DNA from: Eledone cirrhosa
Taxonomy: Eukaryota
Assembly: GCA_964016885.1 (NCBI GenBank)
Contig: OZ024751.1
Span: 36,518,001-36,582,000, forward strand
Length of the DNA stretch: 64,000 nucleotides
Reading direction: 5' to 3'
The stretch's first letter is position 1; every line of letters begins with the position of its first letter. This document shows positions 41,590 to 55,823 of the stretch, piece by piece. The position numbers and the translations under genes are program-made. Below the pieces are notes generated by a model. That model saw nothing but the letters and a program-made list of their open reading frames with translations. It did not search any database and had not been told where the DNA came from.

Positions 41590-41790
41590 AGAGAATTCTG
41601 GCTGGATATGGCCGGTTTAAATGCTCACCTCTTCCTGTTCAAACCAGCCGCTCATACTGACGTTAACATTGTTTTCAAAATAAATAATATCAATATCACA
41701 GATTCGATATTATGTTTATGTGAGAAAATTATGTGAGGTAAAGCCTTTACCATGAAAATATAATAATTATAGGGTAATGTAAAGGGTTCA
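41590..41790 (-). mobile_element. MITE family 1 copy with inverted terminal segment
   Basis: 41627-41788 is antisense to 49621-49805, while 41590-41625 is in the sense orientation. Confidence 0.65.
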
Positions 41791-43494
41791 GCTAAATAGA
41801 CTGAAATTTGTTTCAAAGCCTGTTGAATGAATTGAACCAGTAATTCAAAAGGCCAACCAAGCCACATTACACACTGAATTGTGGGTATATGTGCCTGTAG
41901 AATGTTCAATGACATTATTTCATGAACAGAAAGTTCTAATTAAACAGACTGGAGCATTTGCTGTCAAAACTGGAGATCAATTCCTAGTGAATTGTGTAAA
42001 CAAAGATTTTTAAAAATAGTGACTACATACAATAGAAAATTAAAATTTACAAACTCTCACCTGGGCAGGGTTTACCTGGCTTTCTATGAGGTTGCAACCC
42101 ATAGGTTTCTCAGTTGTTTTAATGACAGGGTTACCTGTCCTACCATGAGAATCAACATGAAGCATCTTCCTCAAGTACAACATGCAACCCAGGTATCAAA
42201 CCCTTGTTCTAATGATCACAAGTTGAACACACTAACCACAAAGCCACATGCCAGGAATCAAACCCACAACCCAATGATTGCAAGTTCACCACACTAACCA
42301 GTAAGCCAGATTCCCTCACTTATCCTTAAGATAGCAAATATAAACTGGTAGATATTTTTATAGACACAGCTATAGGCTATATATATTAAAAATGAAAATA
42401 GCACCAATACTTTATACACCCTACACACACTAACAATATATAGCAATCATAAATGAAAGGGTCAGAACTACTTAAGGTTATGGTGTTTAAATATTAATGG
42501 TATATTACTCTGAAACTAACCAGCAAGTAGCTAATGTATCCAATAATAGGTTGTTTTTTTAAAAATATATTTTTAAATGTAACATTTCATTAAACACAAC
42601 CAGTAATAATAGCTTTCTATAAAGTGCAGATCATCAGGTACAACTAATGCCTACTTGCTACTAATGCCTCTGGCTTAGCAATAGGCTGGGTGGTTGGTAG
42701 GTCATCCCTTGTGTCATTTTGAAAGATAAATATATTTAACTTAAATAGCAAGTGCTAAATAAACTTTGCTGCCAGGTCACCATAAACATTATAATAGATA
42801 TTATGTAATCTATATCAATGTTTTTCCAATAATTATTTTATATATTAATATTTATATCTTTATATCCTATATACTGTTTGCTATGTTTTGTTTGGTTTTT
42901 CTTTCTTAGTTAGCAATATCCACAAACAAACCCAAATATTTACTGAAAGACACTCCAACCCAGAAATAGATAAGAGTGTTAAAATGAAAACAAAACTGCC
43001 ATTATTTATTTTTCCATTAAGAACTTCATGGATTTGGTAATATAACTAACTTTTGCGTTATTAAGCATATTTATATATATATATATATAAATGAAAGGTA
43101 TAGAAAGTATTGTAGTAAGAAGCCAACAGTATTCCATATAATATATGTGACTATAGCGTCAAAATGGGAAAATAGTTAACGTAAGATGTGGGAAAAATAA
43201 TTCAAACTCAATTCAAAAAGAATCAGGATATAGATTTATCCAACAGAATTTAGTGAAATCCATGGAAAAATCAATAGAGCCTTAACTCATGATAAAATAA
43301 AGTTTAAAATATTCATCCTTCAATTTGGAACTACAAATGCTTCTGTATAGTCTTGAAAAGACTATTTCACGAAAACTTTCAGTGGGGATGGTCACGGTTG
43401 GAATTCGATCGTCAGCAGAATTCCTGTGACAGTACCCAGCGTTGCCTGGGTATGTGAAATAATATCTGCCACACACACGTGTGTGTGTGTGGCT

Positions 43495-43626
43495 ATCCAG
43501 TCATAGAAAACTGGCCAGAAACACCCCTATATGAGCGAGACACGGTCACCTGACCCAACTTAGCTCTAAATGGGACCCATCTCTAACCCATGCAAGCGTG
43601 GAAGATAGACGTTAATCGATGATGAT

Positions 43627-43628
<2 letters not shown>
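43495..43628 (+). mobile_element. RTE family B extreme 3' end
   Basis: Matches 28338-28472 (gacacggtcacc...ctaacccatgc.agcgtggaagatagacgttaa.cgatgatgatg). Confidence 0.8.
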
Positions 43629-43673
<45 letters not shown>

Positions 43674-43731
43674 TTACAAACTCCGAAGCGAACGGCGAGA
43701 AATAAAAAAAAAAAAAAAGTATTATTATTTG

Positions 43732-43945
43732 AAGGCATGTGGCTGAGTGGTTAGAGAACTGGATTCGCAATCGTGAGGTTGTGAGTTCGATTCCAGGACC
43801 GGGTGATTGATGTGTTATGTCCTTGAGCAAGACGCTTTATTTCACGCTGCACCTATCTTGGAATTGCGACCGATAGGTAGTATTAACAATTGGAAAGACC
43901 AATGGAAACGTTTATTCAGTCCGATTTGACGAATGTCAATCGTAA
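43732..43945 (+). mobile_element. SINE with family C tRNA head and a different 3' module
   Basis: aggcatgtggctgagtggttagag...gagttcgattcc...gtccttgagcaagacgctttatttcac, then ggaaagaccaatggaaac. Confidence 0.75.
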
Positions 43946-44401
43946 AAAATATATATACTCACTCTTCAAATCGATCTTCGAGAAAACTTTATAAATGGGG
44001 GGTGGGGATCAGTAAAATACAGTTAATTCCTTGCTAAGTGGGGTGAAAAATAGAAAAAGTCTTCATCAGCCATGGGGTTACTACAACTAAAATATTTAGG
44101 TAAATATTAGTGGCAAAGGAACCCAAGCAATAGCAGAGAGGTCTACCTCACACCCACACACTAGTTTGGGTCATTAAGTGTAACAGATAAATAATAATCA
44201 GAAAAGGGGTCATTAGCAATGGCCCCTAATAGGTTGGCTTGGAATGTGACATGTCAGTTTATCTATGTAGGATGGGATGGGGTTTATATATTATAAATTT
44301 GGTCTATTGAGCAATGTAGACATTCTCTAATGAAATCCTCAATATGGATTGAAAATCGGGTAAAAATGCTTCCTCTTTCTTTTTTCTACAATCTAAGTGG
44401 A

Positions 44402-44554
44402 AATACATTTGACATGTCTACAATACATTTGACATGTCTACAATACATTTGACATGTCTACAATACATTTGACATGTCTACAATACATTTGACATGTCTA
44501 CAATACATTTGACATGTCTACAATACATTTGACATGTCTACAATACATTTGACA
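44402..44554. repeat. 20-bp tandem repeat, ~7.6 perfect copies
   Basis: Unit aatacatttgacatgtctac. Confidence 0.97.
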
Positions 44555-44667
44555 AACTCAGTGTAATATTTTATGCAGTCTCAGGTAATCCTGTAATATA
44601 TTCTTTTACTTGTCCCAGCTATCTGGATATTTATATATATATAAAGAGTGGGGGGGGGGGGGTGATT

Positions 44668-45038
44668 AGTGAGTGAGAGAGAGGGGGGTGGGGAGTGAGA
44701 GAGAGGGTGAGGAGAGAGGGGGGAGTGAGAGAGAGTGAGGAAGGGGAGAGAGGGTGGGAGTGAGTGTGAGAGAGAGAGTGGGAGTGAGTGTGAGAGAGTG
44801 TGGGAGTGAGAGAGAGAGAGTGTGAGAGAGAGAGAGAGTGTGGGAGTGAGAGAGAGTGTGGGAGTGAGAGAGAGAGTGTGGGAGTGAGAGAGAGAGTGTG
44901 GGAGTGAGAGAGAGAGTGTGGGAGTGAGAGAGAGAGTGTGGGAGTGAGAGAGAGTGTGGGAGTGAGAGAGAGAGTGTGGGAGTGAGAGAGAGTGTGGCAG
45001 TGAGAGAGAGAGTGTGGGAGTGAGAGAGAGAGAGTGTG
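44668..45038. repeat. 18-20 bp GA/GT minisatellite
   Basis: Unit gagagagtgtgggagtga. Confidence 0.95.
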
Positions 45039-45131
45039 TACACCAGTTTTTAAGACAGGTATCCTGCCCAACACATGCCAGGTAAAGTGTGGACATAAAA
45101 ACAATCACACTTTTGGCAACTGATTGCAGTA

Positions 45132-45137
45132 ATATAT

Positions 45138-45178
<41 letters not shown>

Positions 45179-45362
45179 TATATATACATACACACACACA
45201 CACACACACACATATACATACACACACACACACATAGACATACACACACACACATACACATATACATACACATACACACACACATACACATACATACACA
45301 TACACACACATACACATACACACACATACACATACATACACATACACATACATACACATACA

Positions 45363-45404
<42 letters not shown>

Positions 45405-45759
45405 CATACACATATATATATACATACACATATATATATACATACACATATATATATACATACACATATATATATACATACACATATATATACATACACA
45501 TATATATACATACACATATATATACATACACATATATATACATACACATACATACATACACATACATACACATACATACACATACACACACATACATACA
45601 CATACATATACATACACATACATATACATACACACACATATACATACACATACACATACATACACATACATACATACACATACACATACATACACATACA
45701 CATATATATATACACATATATATACACACACACATATATATACACACACACACATACAC

Positions 45760-45792
<33 letters not shown>

Positions 45793-45861
45793 TATATACA
45801 CACACACACACACACATATATATACACACACACACATATATATACACACACACATATATAT

Positions 45862-45892
<31 letters not shown>

Positions 45893-47830
45893 TATATACA
45901 CACACACACATATATATACACACACACATATATATACACACACACACATATATATACACACACACATATATACACACACACACATATATATACACACACA
46001 CATATATACACACACACACATATATATACACACACACACATATATATACACACACACACATATATATACACACACACACACATATATATACACACACACA
46101 CATATACACACACATACACATATATACATACACACACATATACACATATACATACACATATACACATATATACACATATACACATACACACATACACATA
46201 TACACACACATATACACATATATATACATACACATATACACATATATATACATACACATATACACATATATATACACACACATATACACATATATATACA
46301 CACACATATACACATATACATACACATATACACATATATACACATATACACATACACACATACACATATACACACACACATATACACATATATATACATA
46401 CACATATACACATATATATACATACACATATACACATATATATACACACACATATACACATATATATACACACACATATACACATATATATACACACACA
46501 TATACACACACATATACACATACACATATACACACATATACACATACACATATACACACATATACACATACACATATACACATATATATACATACACATA
46601 TACACATATATATACATACACATATACACATATATATACATACACATATACACATATATATACATACACATATACACATATATATACATACACATATACA
46701 CATATATATACATACACATATACACATATATATACATACACATATACACATATATATACATACACATATACACATATATATACATACACATATACACATA
46801 TATATACATACACATATACACATATATATACATACACATATACACATATATATACATACACATATACACATATATATACATACACATATACACATATATA
46901 TACATACACATATACACATATATATACATACACATATACACATATATATACATACACATATACACATATATATACATACACATATACACATATATATACA
47001 TACACATATACACATATATATACATACACATATACACATATATATACATACACATATACACATATATATACATACACATATACACATATATATACATACA
47101 CATATACACATATATATACATACACATATACACATATATATACATACACATATACACATATATATACATACACATATACACATATATATACATACACATA
47201 TACACATATATATACATACACATATACACACATACACATATACACATATACACACATACACATATACACATATACACACATACACATATACACATATATA
47301 TACATACACATATACACATATATATACATACACATATACACATATATATACATACACATATACACATATATATACATACACATATACACATATATATACA
47401 TACACATATACACATATATATACATACACATACACATATATATACATACACATATACACATATATATACATACACATATACACATATATATACATACACA
47501 TATACATACATACACATATACATACATACACATATACATACATACACATATACACATATATATACATACACATATACACATATACATATATATATATACA
47601 TACACATATATATATATACATACACATATATATATACATACACATATATATATACATACACATATATATATACATACACATATATATATACATACACATA
47701 TATATATACATACACATATATACATACACATACATACATACACATATATATACACATATATATACACATATACATATACATACACATATACATACACGCA
47801 TACATATATACACATACATATATACATATA
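45132..47830. repeat. 2.7-kb (CA/TA) compound microsatellite with a homogenised 24-bp core
   Basis: catatacacatatatatacataca repeats perfectly over ~46570-47230; source of the 900-1000 aa pseudo-ORFs. Confidence 0.97.
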
Positions 47831-47906
47831 TTTTACTTAAAGTTATTTTTCATTTTAACTTTTACAGCTGAGTACTTCTTCCTTTCTCTATAATTGATTG
47901 CTCAAT

Positions 47907-49090
47907 CTTGAAATATAATACAGTATTACATACCCTTGAAATATAATACAGTATTACATACCCTTGAAATATAATACAGTATTACATACCCTTGAAATAT
48001 AATACAGTATTACATACCCTTGAAATATAATACAGTATTACATTGCCTTGAAATATAATACAGTATTACATTGCCTTGAAATATAATACAGTATTACATA
48101 CCCTTGAAATATAATACAGTATTACATACCCTTGAAATATAATACAGTATTACATACCCTTGAAATATAATACAGTATTACATACCCTTGAAATATAATA
48201 CAGTATTACATACCCTTGAAATATAATACAGTATTGCATAACCTTGAAATATAATACAGTATTACATACCCTTGAAATATAATACAGTATTACATAACCT
48301 TGAAATATAATACAGTATTACATAGCCTTGAAATATAATACAGTATTACATAACCTTGAAATATAATACAGTATTACATACCCTTGAAATATAATACAGT
48401 ATTACATAACCTTGAAATATAATACAGTATTACATACCCTTGAAATATAATACAGTATTACATACCCTTGAGATATAATACAGTATTACATAACCTTGAA
48501 ATATAATACAGTATTACATAACCTTGAAATATAATACAGTATTACATAACCTTGAAATATAATACAGTATTACATAACCTTGAAATATAATACAGTATTA
48601 CATAACCTTGAAATATAATACAGTATTACATAACCTTGAAATATAATACAGTATTACATAACCTTGAAATATAATACAGTATTACATAACCTTGAAATAT
48701 AATACAGTATTACATAACCTTGAAATATAATACAGTATTACATACCCTTGAAATATAATACAGTATTGCATAACCTTGAAATATAATACAGTATTGCATA
48801 ACCTTGAAATATAATACAGTATTACATACCCTTGAAATATAATACAGTATTACATACCCTTGAAATATAATACAGTATTGCATAACCTTGAAATATAATA
48901 CAGTATTGCATAACCTTGAAATATAATACAGTATTACATACCCTTGAAATATAATACAGTATTACATAACCTTGAAATATAATACAGTATTGCATAACCT
49001 TGAAATATAATACAGTATTACATAACCTTGAAATATAATACAGTATTACATAACCTTGAAATATAATACAGTATTACATAACCTTGAAAT
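47907..49090. repeat. 28-bp minisatellite, ~42 copies
   Basis: Unit cttgaaatataatacagtatt(a/g)cata(a/c)c. Confidence 0.98.
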
Positions 49091-49136
49091 GGGAGTGGTA
49101 CCAGCTGTTTTAGAAGGTGTGCAGTAATATGTCATT

Positions 49137-49324
49137 AGAATTGGCAGTATCGGAAGAGGGTCAGACGCCATGCTTTGAGACATAGAGTTACGGCCCTTGC
49201 CATTCTGTGTTCAAATCCCGCCGAGGTTAACTTTACCTTTCATCCTAATGGGGGTCGATAAAATAAAGTACCAGTAATGTACTGGGTAATTTGCTGGCCT
49301 TGTGCCTATTGTAGAAACAATTAT
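49137..49324 (+). mobile_element. SINE family A
   Basis: Head, B box gttcaaatccc, core and tail all present. Confidence 0.87.
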
Positions 49325-49620
49325 TTCTTTATATCTAGTCACCTGGATGATACTAGGATTGGTTCATTAGTCTACAGAACTGCTAGGTATACATCCTCTC
49401 AAGAGAGAGAGCTGAGTGTGCTACCTGCAACAGACTAGGAGGGCAGATAGCTCCAAATATGGATAGAGAAGATTTTACCCCTTTTTGTAACATCCTTACC
49501 AAAACTCTGCCTCTATAAAACAATTTTAAATTAGAATCTTTTGACAATTCTATCAGAACATTGTTATCAATGCTATCTTAATGAAACAATTTTACTAAAC
49601 CCCTCCAAGTTCCCCATTAA

Positions 49621-49845
49621 CCCGTTAGCATTTACATTACACTACTCTTATATGTTCATGGTAAAGGTTATATCTGACATAATTATCTTACATAATATCG
49701 AACCGATGAGATTTTGATGATGTTATTTATTTTGAGAACAATGCCTTAAAGACAGTATGAGTGGCCAGTTATGGCCAGTTATGGCCAGTTTAAACAGAAA
49801 GGGGTAAGAGAATTCTGGTCAGATCTGGTCGGTTTAAATGAAGGG
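49621..49845 (+). mobile_element. piggyBac-like MITE family 1 with TTAA TSD
   Basis: TTAA (49617-49620) CCCGTT...AAGGG TTAA (49846-49849); three copies in the window. Confidence 0.75.
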
Positions 49846-50125
49846 TTAAAACACCTAAGAAACCTTATGAAATGCAACTTTGTAGTAGACTGACTAATCC
49901 TAAGTATGATTCATCACTAGGTTAATAAATGTAGTTATTTAACTAAATTCTTTCAAAAACAATGTTTTATAAGAAATACAGGAAAGAAAAGGGGTTAACT
50001 AACTAGAAACTTACAGACAGATGATGTGTTGAGATTGGAATCAGCTGTCCCCCACTAATTTCACACAAACTGCTAAACACCTTGATTTTATTTTATTACT
50101 AGAAAACATGAGGGATGTGTGTGTG

Positions 50126-50157
<32 letters not shown>

Positions 50158-50719
50158 ATGCAGAATACAGAAATAGTAACTGACAGATGAAAGTCTGGCA
50201 TGTTATTACCACACACATGCTACAGTGATATTTATAAAGGGAGAACTTATTAATCACATGCTCATGAGTCATAGCCTTTACACTAGCTATTGAAGTTGTG
50301 CTCCGTCAGCCCTCACTGACAAAACAGGTCCCATAGCTACTACTAAGGGGAATATCTAGAAGTAAAAATAAAAACAAATGGAAAATGAAAAACAAAAACT
50401 GTACATTGATGTAAAAATATACAAAAGTTTCATTTCATCCACAAGTCTGGGAAAATGAATGTACAACAGGAATGTACTAGATGAAAAGAAGCAAAGCATT
50501 AAAAAAATAGGCATCTAAATATACATTGCGTGAGTGTGGGTAGGTGTGTGAGAGATAGAGAGAGATATATAAAGGTGTGTGTGTCGCATGGGTTGGACAT
50601 GTTAGTCTAATTTGGCAGGGCCTCTATGTCGAGATGTCCTACAAAACACCAACTACATTACAGTGTACCTGTCTGTATAGTAGTGTGTAGGTGTCCGTGT
50701 GTATATAGGAAAGGGTTCT

Positions 50720-51235
50720 ATCAAAAGCAGCCGAAACCAACCAAGCCTATGGATGTTATCTAGCTATCTACCCCTACCCCCAGTCCTCGTGATTAGCTTT
50801 GGTCTGGAAAAGCTGTCTAGCAATTCTTTCCTATTAGACATTCTAATAAAATGCCCTTAGTACTGGAGCTGTGATATCTCAATTCAGAAAAGTAGCAGCT
50901 CTACATTGTGTAACTCATCAATATATGTACCGTATTGAATAACATTACTCCTTCAAGGAAACCCTGTTCCTTCTATTTGTGACAGGTTTTTTCCAGCCAT
51001 TATTGAGGACCCATGAGCATATGTAAGGGTAGACATATACAGCAAATTGAAGATAGCATGTGTGGCTTTTATAGCTAGTGTAGTAATGGGCCAACTTAAG
51101 CCCCTCAGAAGGCTGAGGGGCTTAAGTTGGCCCATTACTACACTAGCTCCTGCAATTCTTGCACTTAATTCAATCCGTCTTCCAACACTTACGAAAATAG
51201 TTCCGAGATATTTCAATTTTTCCACCTGCTTCAGT
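50720..51235 (-). mobile_element. Decayed RTE LINE ORF fragment
   Basis: QVEKLKYLGTIF...RIAGASVVMGQL...STLTYAHGS resembles RTE post-RT motifs (F.YLG, RI..A, L.YG.E). Confidence 0.8.
51073..51148. repeat. Perfect inverted repeat, 36-bp arms, 4-nt loop
   Basis: 51073-51108 is the exact reverse complement of 51113-51148; loop is AAGG. Confidence 0.97.
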
Positions 51236-51531
51236 GTAACTACTCACAAGCAGAGAGCCCTTACGCAGGCCTTCTTGAGAGGAAAAGCTCCGACTGCCGC
51301 AGCACTGATTTTCATGTAGGACTTAGTAGAAACCTTATCCAGTGCATGTCGAGAGATCATGTTCTGACGAGTTAGAAAATATCAGCCAATTGATCCTGTA
51401 TCCACCAGTTTTGATACCACTTCTAACGCTGCTATGCATTTCAGTCAGGTTCCGTGTAGATAACAGGTGAGGCGACAATATGCACCACATATACATACAT
51501 ATATATGTACACACATTATTACATACACATA

Positions 51532-51668
51532 GGTTGTGGTGTGCAGGAGAGAAGGCTGAGATGGTATGGACATGTGATGCGCATGGAGGATGATCGATAT
51601 GCGGAATAGGACCAGTCCAACCCTTGTAAGCAGGGAAAAGCGGACGTAAAATGATGATGATGATGATA
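51532..51668 (+). mobile_element. Internally deleted RTE LINE fragment with (TGA)n tail
   Basis: From 51541 it encodes VQERRLRWYGHVMRMEDD, followed by cccttgtaagcagggaaaagcggacgtaaaatgatgatg. Confidence 0.8.
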
Positions 51669-52725
51669 TATATATAATGCCTGCACGCAAACACTGTGTG
51701 GAGTGTATATATGTTTTCTTCCCTTAAATTGGAAGTTCAACAAAAAAGAAATTGATAAAATATGTTTCAGACTTTAAAAAAAAAAAAAAGTACTGGGGTT
51801 GATATGATTGATTATATCCTCTCCTCTTACTTTTTTATTTTTAAATTTCACAACATCAGGAAATTCACCTTTTTAGGAAAAATATTCAAGCCAGGTTAGT
51901 AGTTCAGTGTTAGGAGTGGGAATGTGTGGAGTGGGGTAGCAGAGAGGAGCAGAAAAAGGAATAAAAAAATGATTTTAACATCAGACACCTTCTGTAAGAG
52001 AATGAATGAATGAATGAATGAATCAATGAATGAATGAATGGGGTAAGGAGGAAAGAGGGTAAGGAAGAGGGGGTTTCCTCTGACTTTTTCTCTTTGCTAC
52101 TTGTTTAATTATGAAAGACCTGCATCTGTTTGAGAGAGAGAGAGAGACAGAATAAAGACATAGAAAGGAAAGAAAGAGAAAGTGCTTGTAGTGTAGTGTG
52201 GTGTGGTGTAGTGTGGCAGGGTGGGGCAGCATGTGAACATGTAGGGGGAAGTAATTCTCTGTAGATGTGGTAAGAAAACTACAATATAAATGCATTATAG
52301 TAGTAAGCTAAGGCTAATGACTGTGGGAGGGGGGGGGGGGGGGAATTCAGTTCCAGAACTATGGAGCTGGCATGGGGACAAGAGCAGGTGTGAGATAGGG
52401 ATGGAGGAGGGCAGGTCACATAGTGAGGGGCAGGAAAAAATACATTCATAAATAAAATGGAGGAAACCCCCAGAAGAGAGTGTGGGTGTGTACGCATTTG
52501 TGCGTGCGTGCGTGTTGTCGCATTGTTTCATAGAAGGCAATTTAGCTTAATTGATAAGCTCTCATTAGCAGCTGCTTTAAAAAAAATGAAGAGGAAGTAG
52601 ATGATGGAGGAAGGAAAGGAGAGGAGGATGGCGAGAAAGGAGAGGGTTGGCTGCAGCAGCCTAATTCTAAAATATTAATGATAAAAACTAATGCTTGAAG
52701 GGTTGGTAGAAGAATCATCTCAAGC

Positions 52726-52764
<39 letters not shown>

Positions 52765-53272
52765 GGGAGAAAAATGATGAAAAGAGAAAAGGGAAGAGAA
52801 AGAAAAAGAGAAAAGAGAAAGGAAGAGAGAGAGAGAGGAGAGAGAAAAAGGAAGAGGGGAAAGAGGGAGAAAAAAGGAGAGAAAGACAAAGAGGCAGATA
52901 GCAATATTAAATAGAAAGGAGGTTAAGGGGTTAACAGTTAATATAATAATTGGTACAGAAGACGAAGACCTTTTCACCTCATGCTTTCATTCAGATTCTG
53001 GCAGAACCTCAACAACACCACCTATTTTTTTGTGTAAAATAAAACAGGTTGAAGAGGACATCATCATCATTATCACCATCATCATCATGTTTGCTTCTCT
53101 GTGATGGCATGGGTCAGATGGGTGTTTCTGAGGCAGTGTTTTTTATGTCCTTTCTTGTCCCCTCTTACGACGACAAACGGCACAGAGAAAGTTTAATGCC
53201 AAGGAATATAACACGGGTAAATATAATTTCTTACAGGTATAACTTAATTTACACAGCCCAAACAAGGTAATA

Positions 53273-53459
53273 ATTGTTTCTACTTTTGGCACAAGGCCAG
53301 CAATTACTCAGTGCACTGCTGGTACTTTATTTTATTGACCCCCGTAAGGTTGAAAAGCAAAGTTAATCTCGGCAGGATTTGAACTCAGAACAGCAAGGGC
53401 CGTAACTATGCGTCAAAGCAGGGTGTCCGACCCTCTACCGATACTGTGAATCCACTGCC
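53273..53459 (-). mobile_element. SINE family A with degenerate TSD
   Basis: Full length; flanked by aaacaaggtaataat and aaacaaggtcatgat. Confidence 0.87.
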
Positions 53460-54952
53460 AAACAAGGTCATGATACTAATTCAAGGAGTTACCGAGAAGG
53501 GGAAAAAAGAAAACAGTGGATATAGTTCAAGATAGATTATGGATGTTCCTTTTGGATTTATGCAAAAGTGTAGTGGTCACTACTTTCACCACCGCCACTA
53601 ACAACATCACTATCAACAAAACATCATGTTATCGTATCTTCTATGATCCTCTCCATTTCCACCTCATCTTTACTCATATCTTTCTTGGTCTTCTTATCTT
53701 CCTCTACTTCATTCCACATTCATTTCCATCACTACTATATGAAAGTTATTTACTTTAATTGATCCGGAAGTCCACCTCAGTGGGATTTGAACCTAAAAAT
53801 CAAACTAATACCTTAAAGAATGTTTATTTAATCAGATCTTACTGATTCTTGCCCCATGCTGCTAGAAATAAGGTCAAAAAAATTCTGTTTTCTTTTCCCC
53901 GGTTACAGAGTGTAAGAAAATGACATGGAAAAAATATGGAAAGGATTTTCAAGTGGATGTCTTTAAGTAGAAAATATGTAACGAGCTGTGTGTGGGGGAA
54001 GAAATGAGAGAAGGGGGCGCAGTAGTGACTTAATTAGAAAAACACAAGATATGAAAGAATATATTTGAAAAAAAAACCCCTCAAATAAAAAACATCAAAG
54101 GCAGTCTCAGTTCACTGAAGTAGTAATTAACAAAAATGAAAACAAGCTAAAATGAGTAACACACACACACACAGAGGGCCAAAAGAAAGAAAAAAAGGCC
54201 GGCCTCCCACAAGTTCTTCCTTGAAATGAAACATGCTCTCACGCAGAGCCTAAGGCCCTACTCCCCCCCACTACAGGTTCCTCACATAGAGGAAGAAAAC
54301 ATTAAACATTAACAAAAAAAAAGAAATAAAAGAACTAAAAGCCCCACCCCCTTCTCTCTATAGTGGGAAAAAAAAAATTTTTTTTTCAGCTTAATTATGA
54401 TAATTTCAATTCAATGAAGTCATCTATTTCATAACAGACTTTCCTTTTCACGCAACCACTTCAGTTTGCTTGGTCTAGACAAACCCTTTTTAGAATTAAT
54501 AAAAATAAAAAAAAAACATGAAAGAGAATAAGCTAGAGTGTGTTAATTAAGATCATGCATGCACACAGACATGCAAGCATACACAGACATGCACGCATGC
54601 ACACACACAGATTCCATTATAATGTCAACAGAATCAGAAAGAATTTAATATCCTAAGCCAGGAAGAAGAAAAAAAGTAAAAATATTCTATATATAAATCA
54701 GAATCAGTGAAGGAAAGGCGTACAGGCCTTAATTCCGAAATAATTAGTTTGACAAAAAGCAATATTTACATAGCAGTATACAATACTATAGTTACTTGGT
54801 AGCAATATTGGCATGACTGATGTGTGTATAGTATTTAGTTTCAACCAACTAAATACATATCTTAATATGATTACACATGATCTAATCTCGATATTAATAA
54901 TTATAAAATCTCGATTACACACACATATATACATATATATATATATATACGC

Positions 54953-55010
<58 letters not shown>

Positions 55011-55479
55011 TTCATATAGAAATGACTTCCACCGGACTAGAACATCAGGAAAATCAAATGATTTTGGGTCAAGCTTGGTATTCACCTATTTCATGTAGAG
55101 AGTATCGAACTAGGGTTCTATTCTGTTCCTCTACAGAAAACCATTCTTAGTCATGTGTGTATCACCATGACAATACCAGTGATACACTAGGCTAAGGCAG
55201 CAAATTGGTAAAGCCATTGGAATGTTGGATTTAAATAAGTGCCTAGCGACATATCTTTCAGCTTCGAATACTCAGACTAATTCTACTGGGGATCAATTTT
55301 TACCTTTCTTCCTGTCCAGTTAGATAAAATAAGTACAAGTCATGGGTGGTGGGCGGATTGGCCGAATTCTTAGCGCATTGGATGGGAATGCCTTGCAATA
55401 CCATTTTTGGCCCTTTTTTGTTTGGAGTACCCTAACAGTAACACCATATCTACTTTGTAAAAGAAGGACATGAAGATAG

Positions 55480-55690
55480 CCTGCAAGAGAGACAATTGCA
55501 CTGGTATGAGCATATGATATGAGAAGAGAGCAAAAGTTGTATACAAAATAGTGATGACCAACTCTTGAAGTGGATGGAAGCCGTGGAAAGATCATGGAAG
55601 ATGAAGTTGTGCAGAATGACTGAAGCTGAACTTGATAAAACAAGATGAGACAGGACCGTGCTCACTGGCAACATACCATACTACAAATAG
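55480..55690 (+). mobile_element. Highly decayed RTE fragment
   Basis: QERQLHWYEHMI...LEVDGSRG...DRAHW remnants across frameshifts. Confidence 0.55.
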
Positions 55691-55823
55691 TCCATCCATC
55701 AATATACTAAGACCAGAAGCTTCGATATTGGTGATCAAATAGAAACAATATAAATTTTGAGAGGATTCTTCAGTCTGGTCAAGCATGTGTGACAATGTCT
55801 ATTGCTGTTGCCTTTATAATATA

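Noticed and set aside
44402-44554. p53-like half sites (tgacatgtct) in the 20-mer array
   Set aside because: One mismatch to RRRCWWGYYY and 10-bp spacing; likely incidental.
44581-47893. ORFs of 900-1074 aa on both strands
   Set aside because: They are translations of CA/TA dinucleotide repeats that lack stop codons; no domain content.
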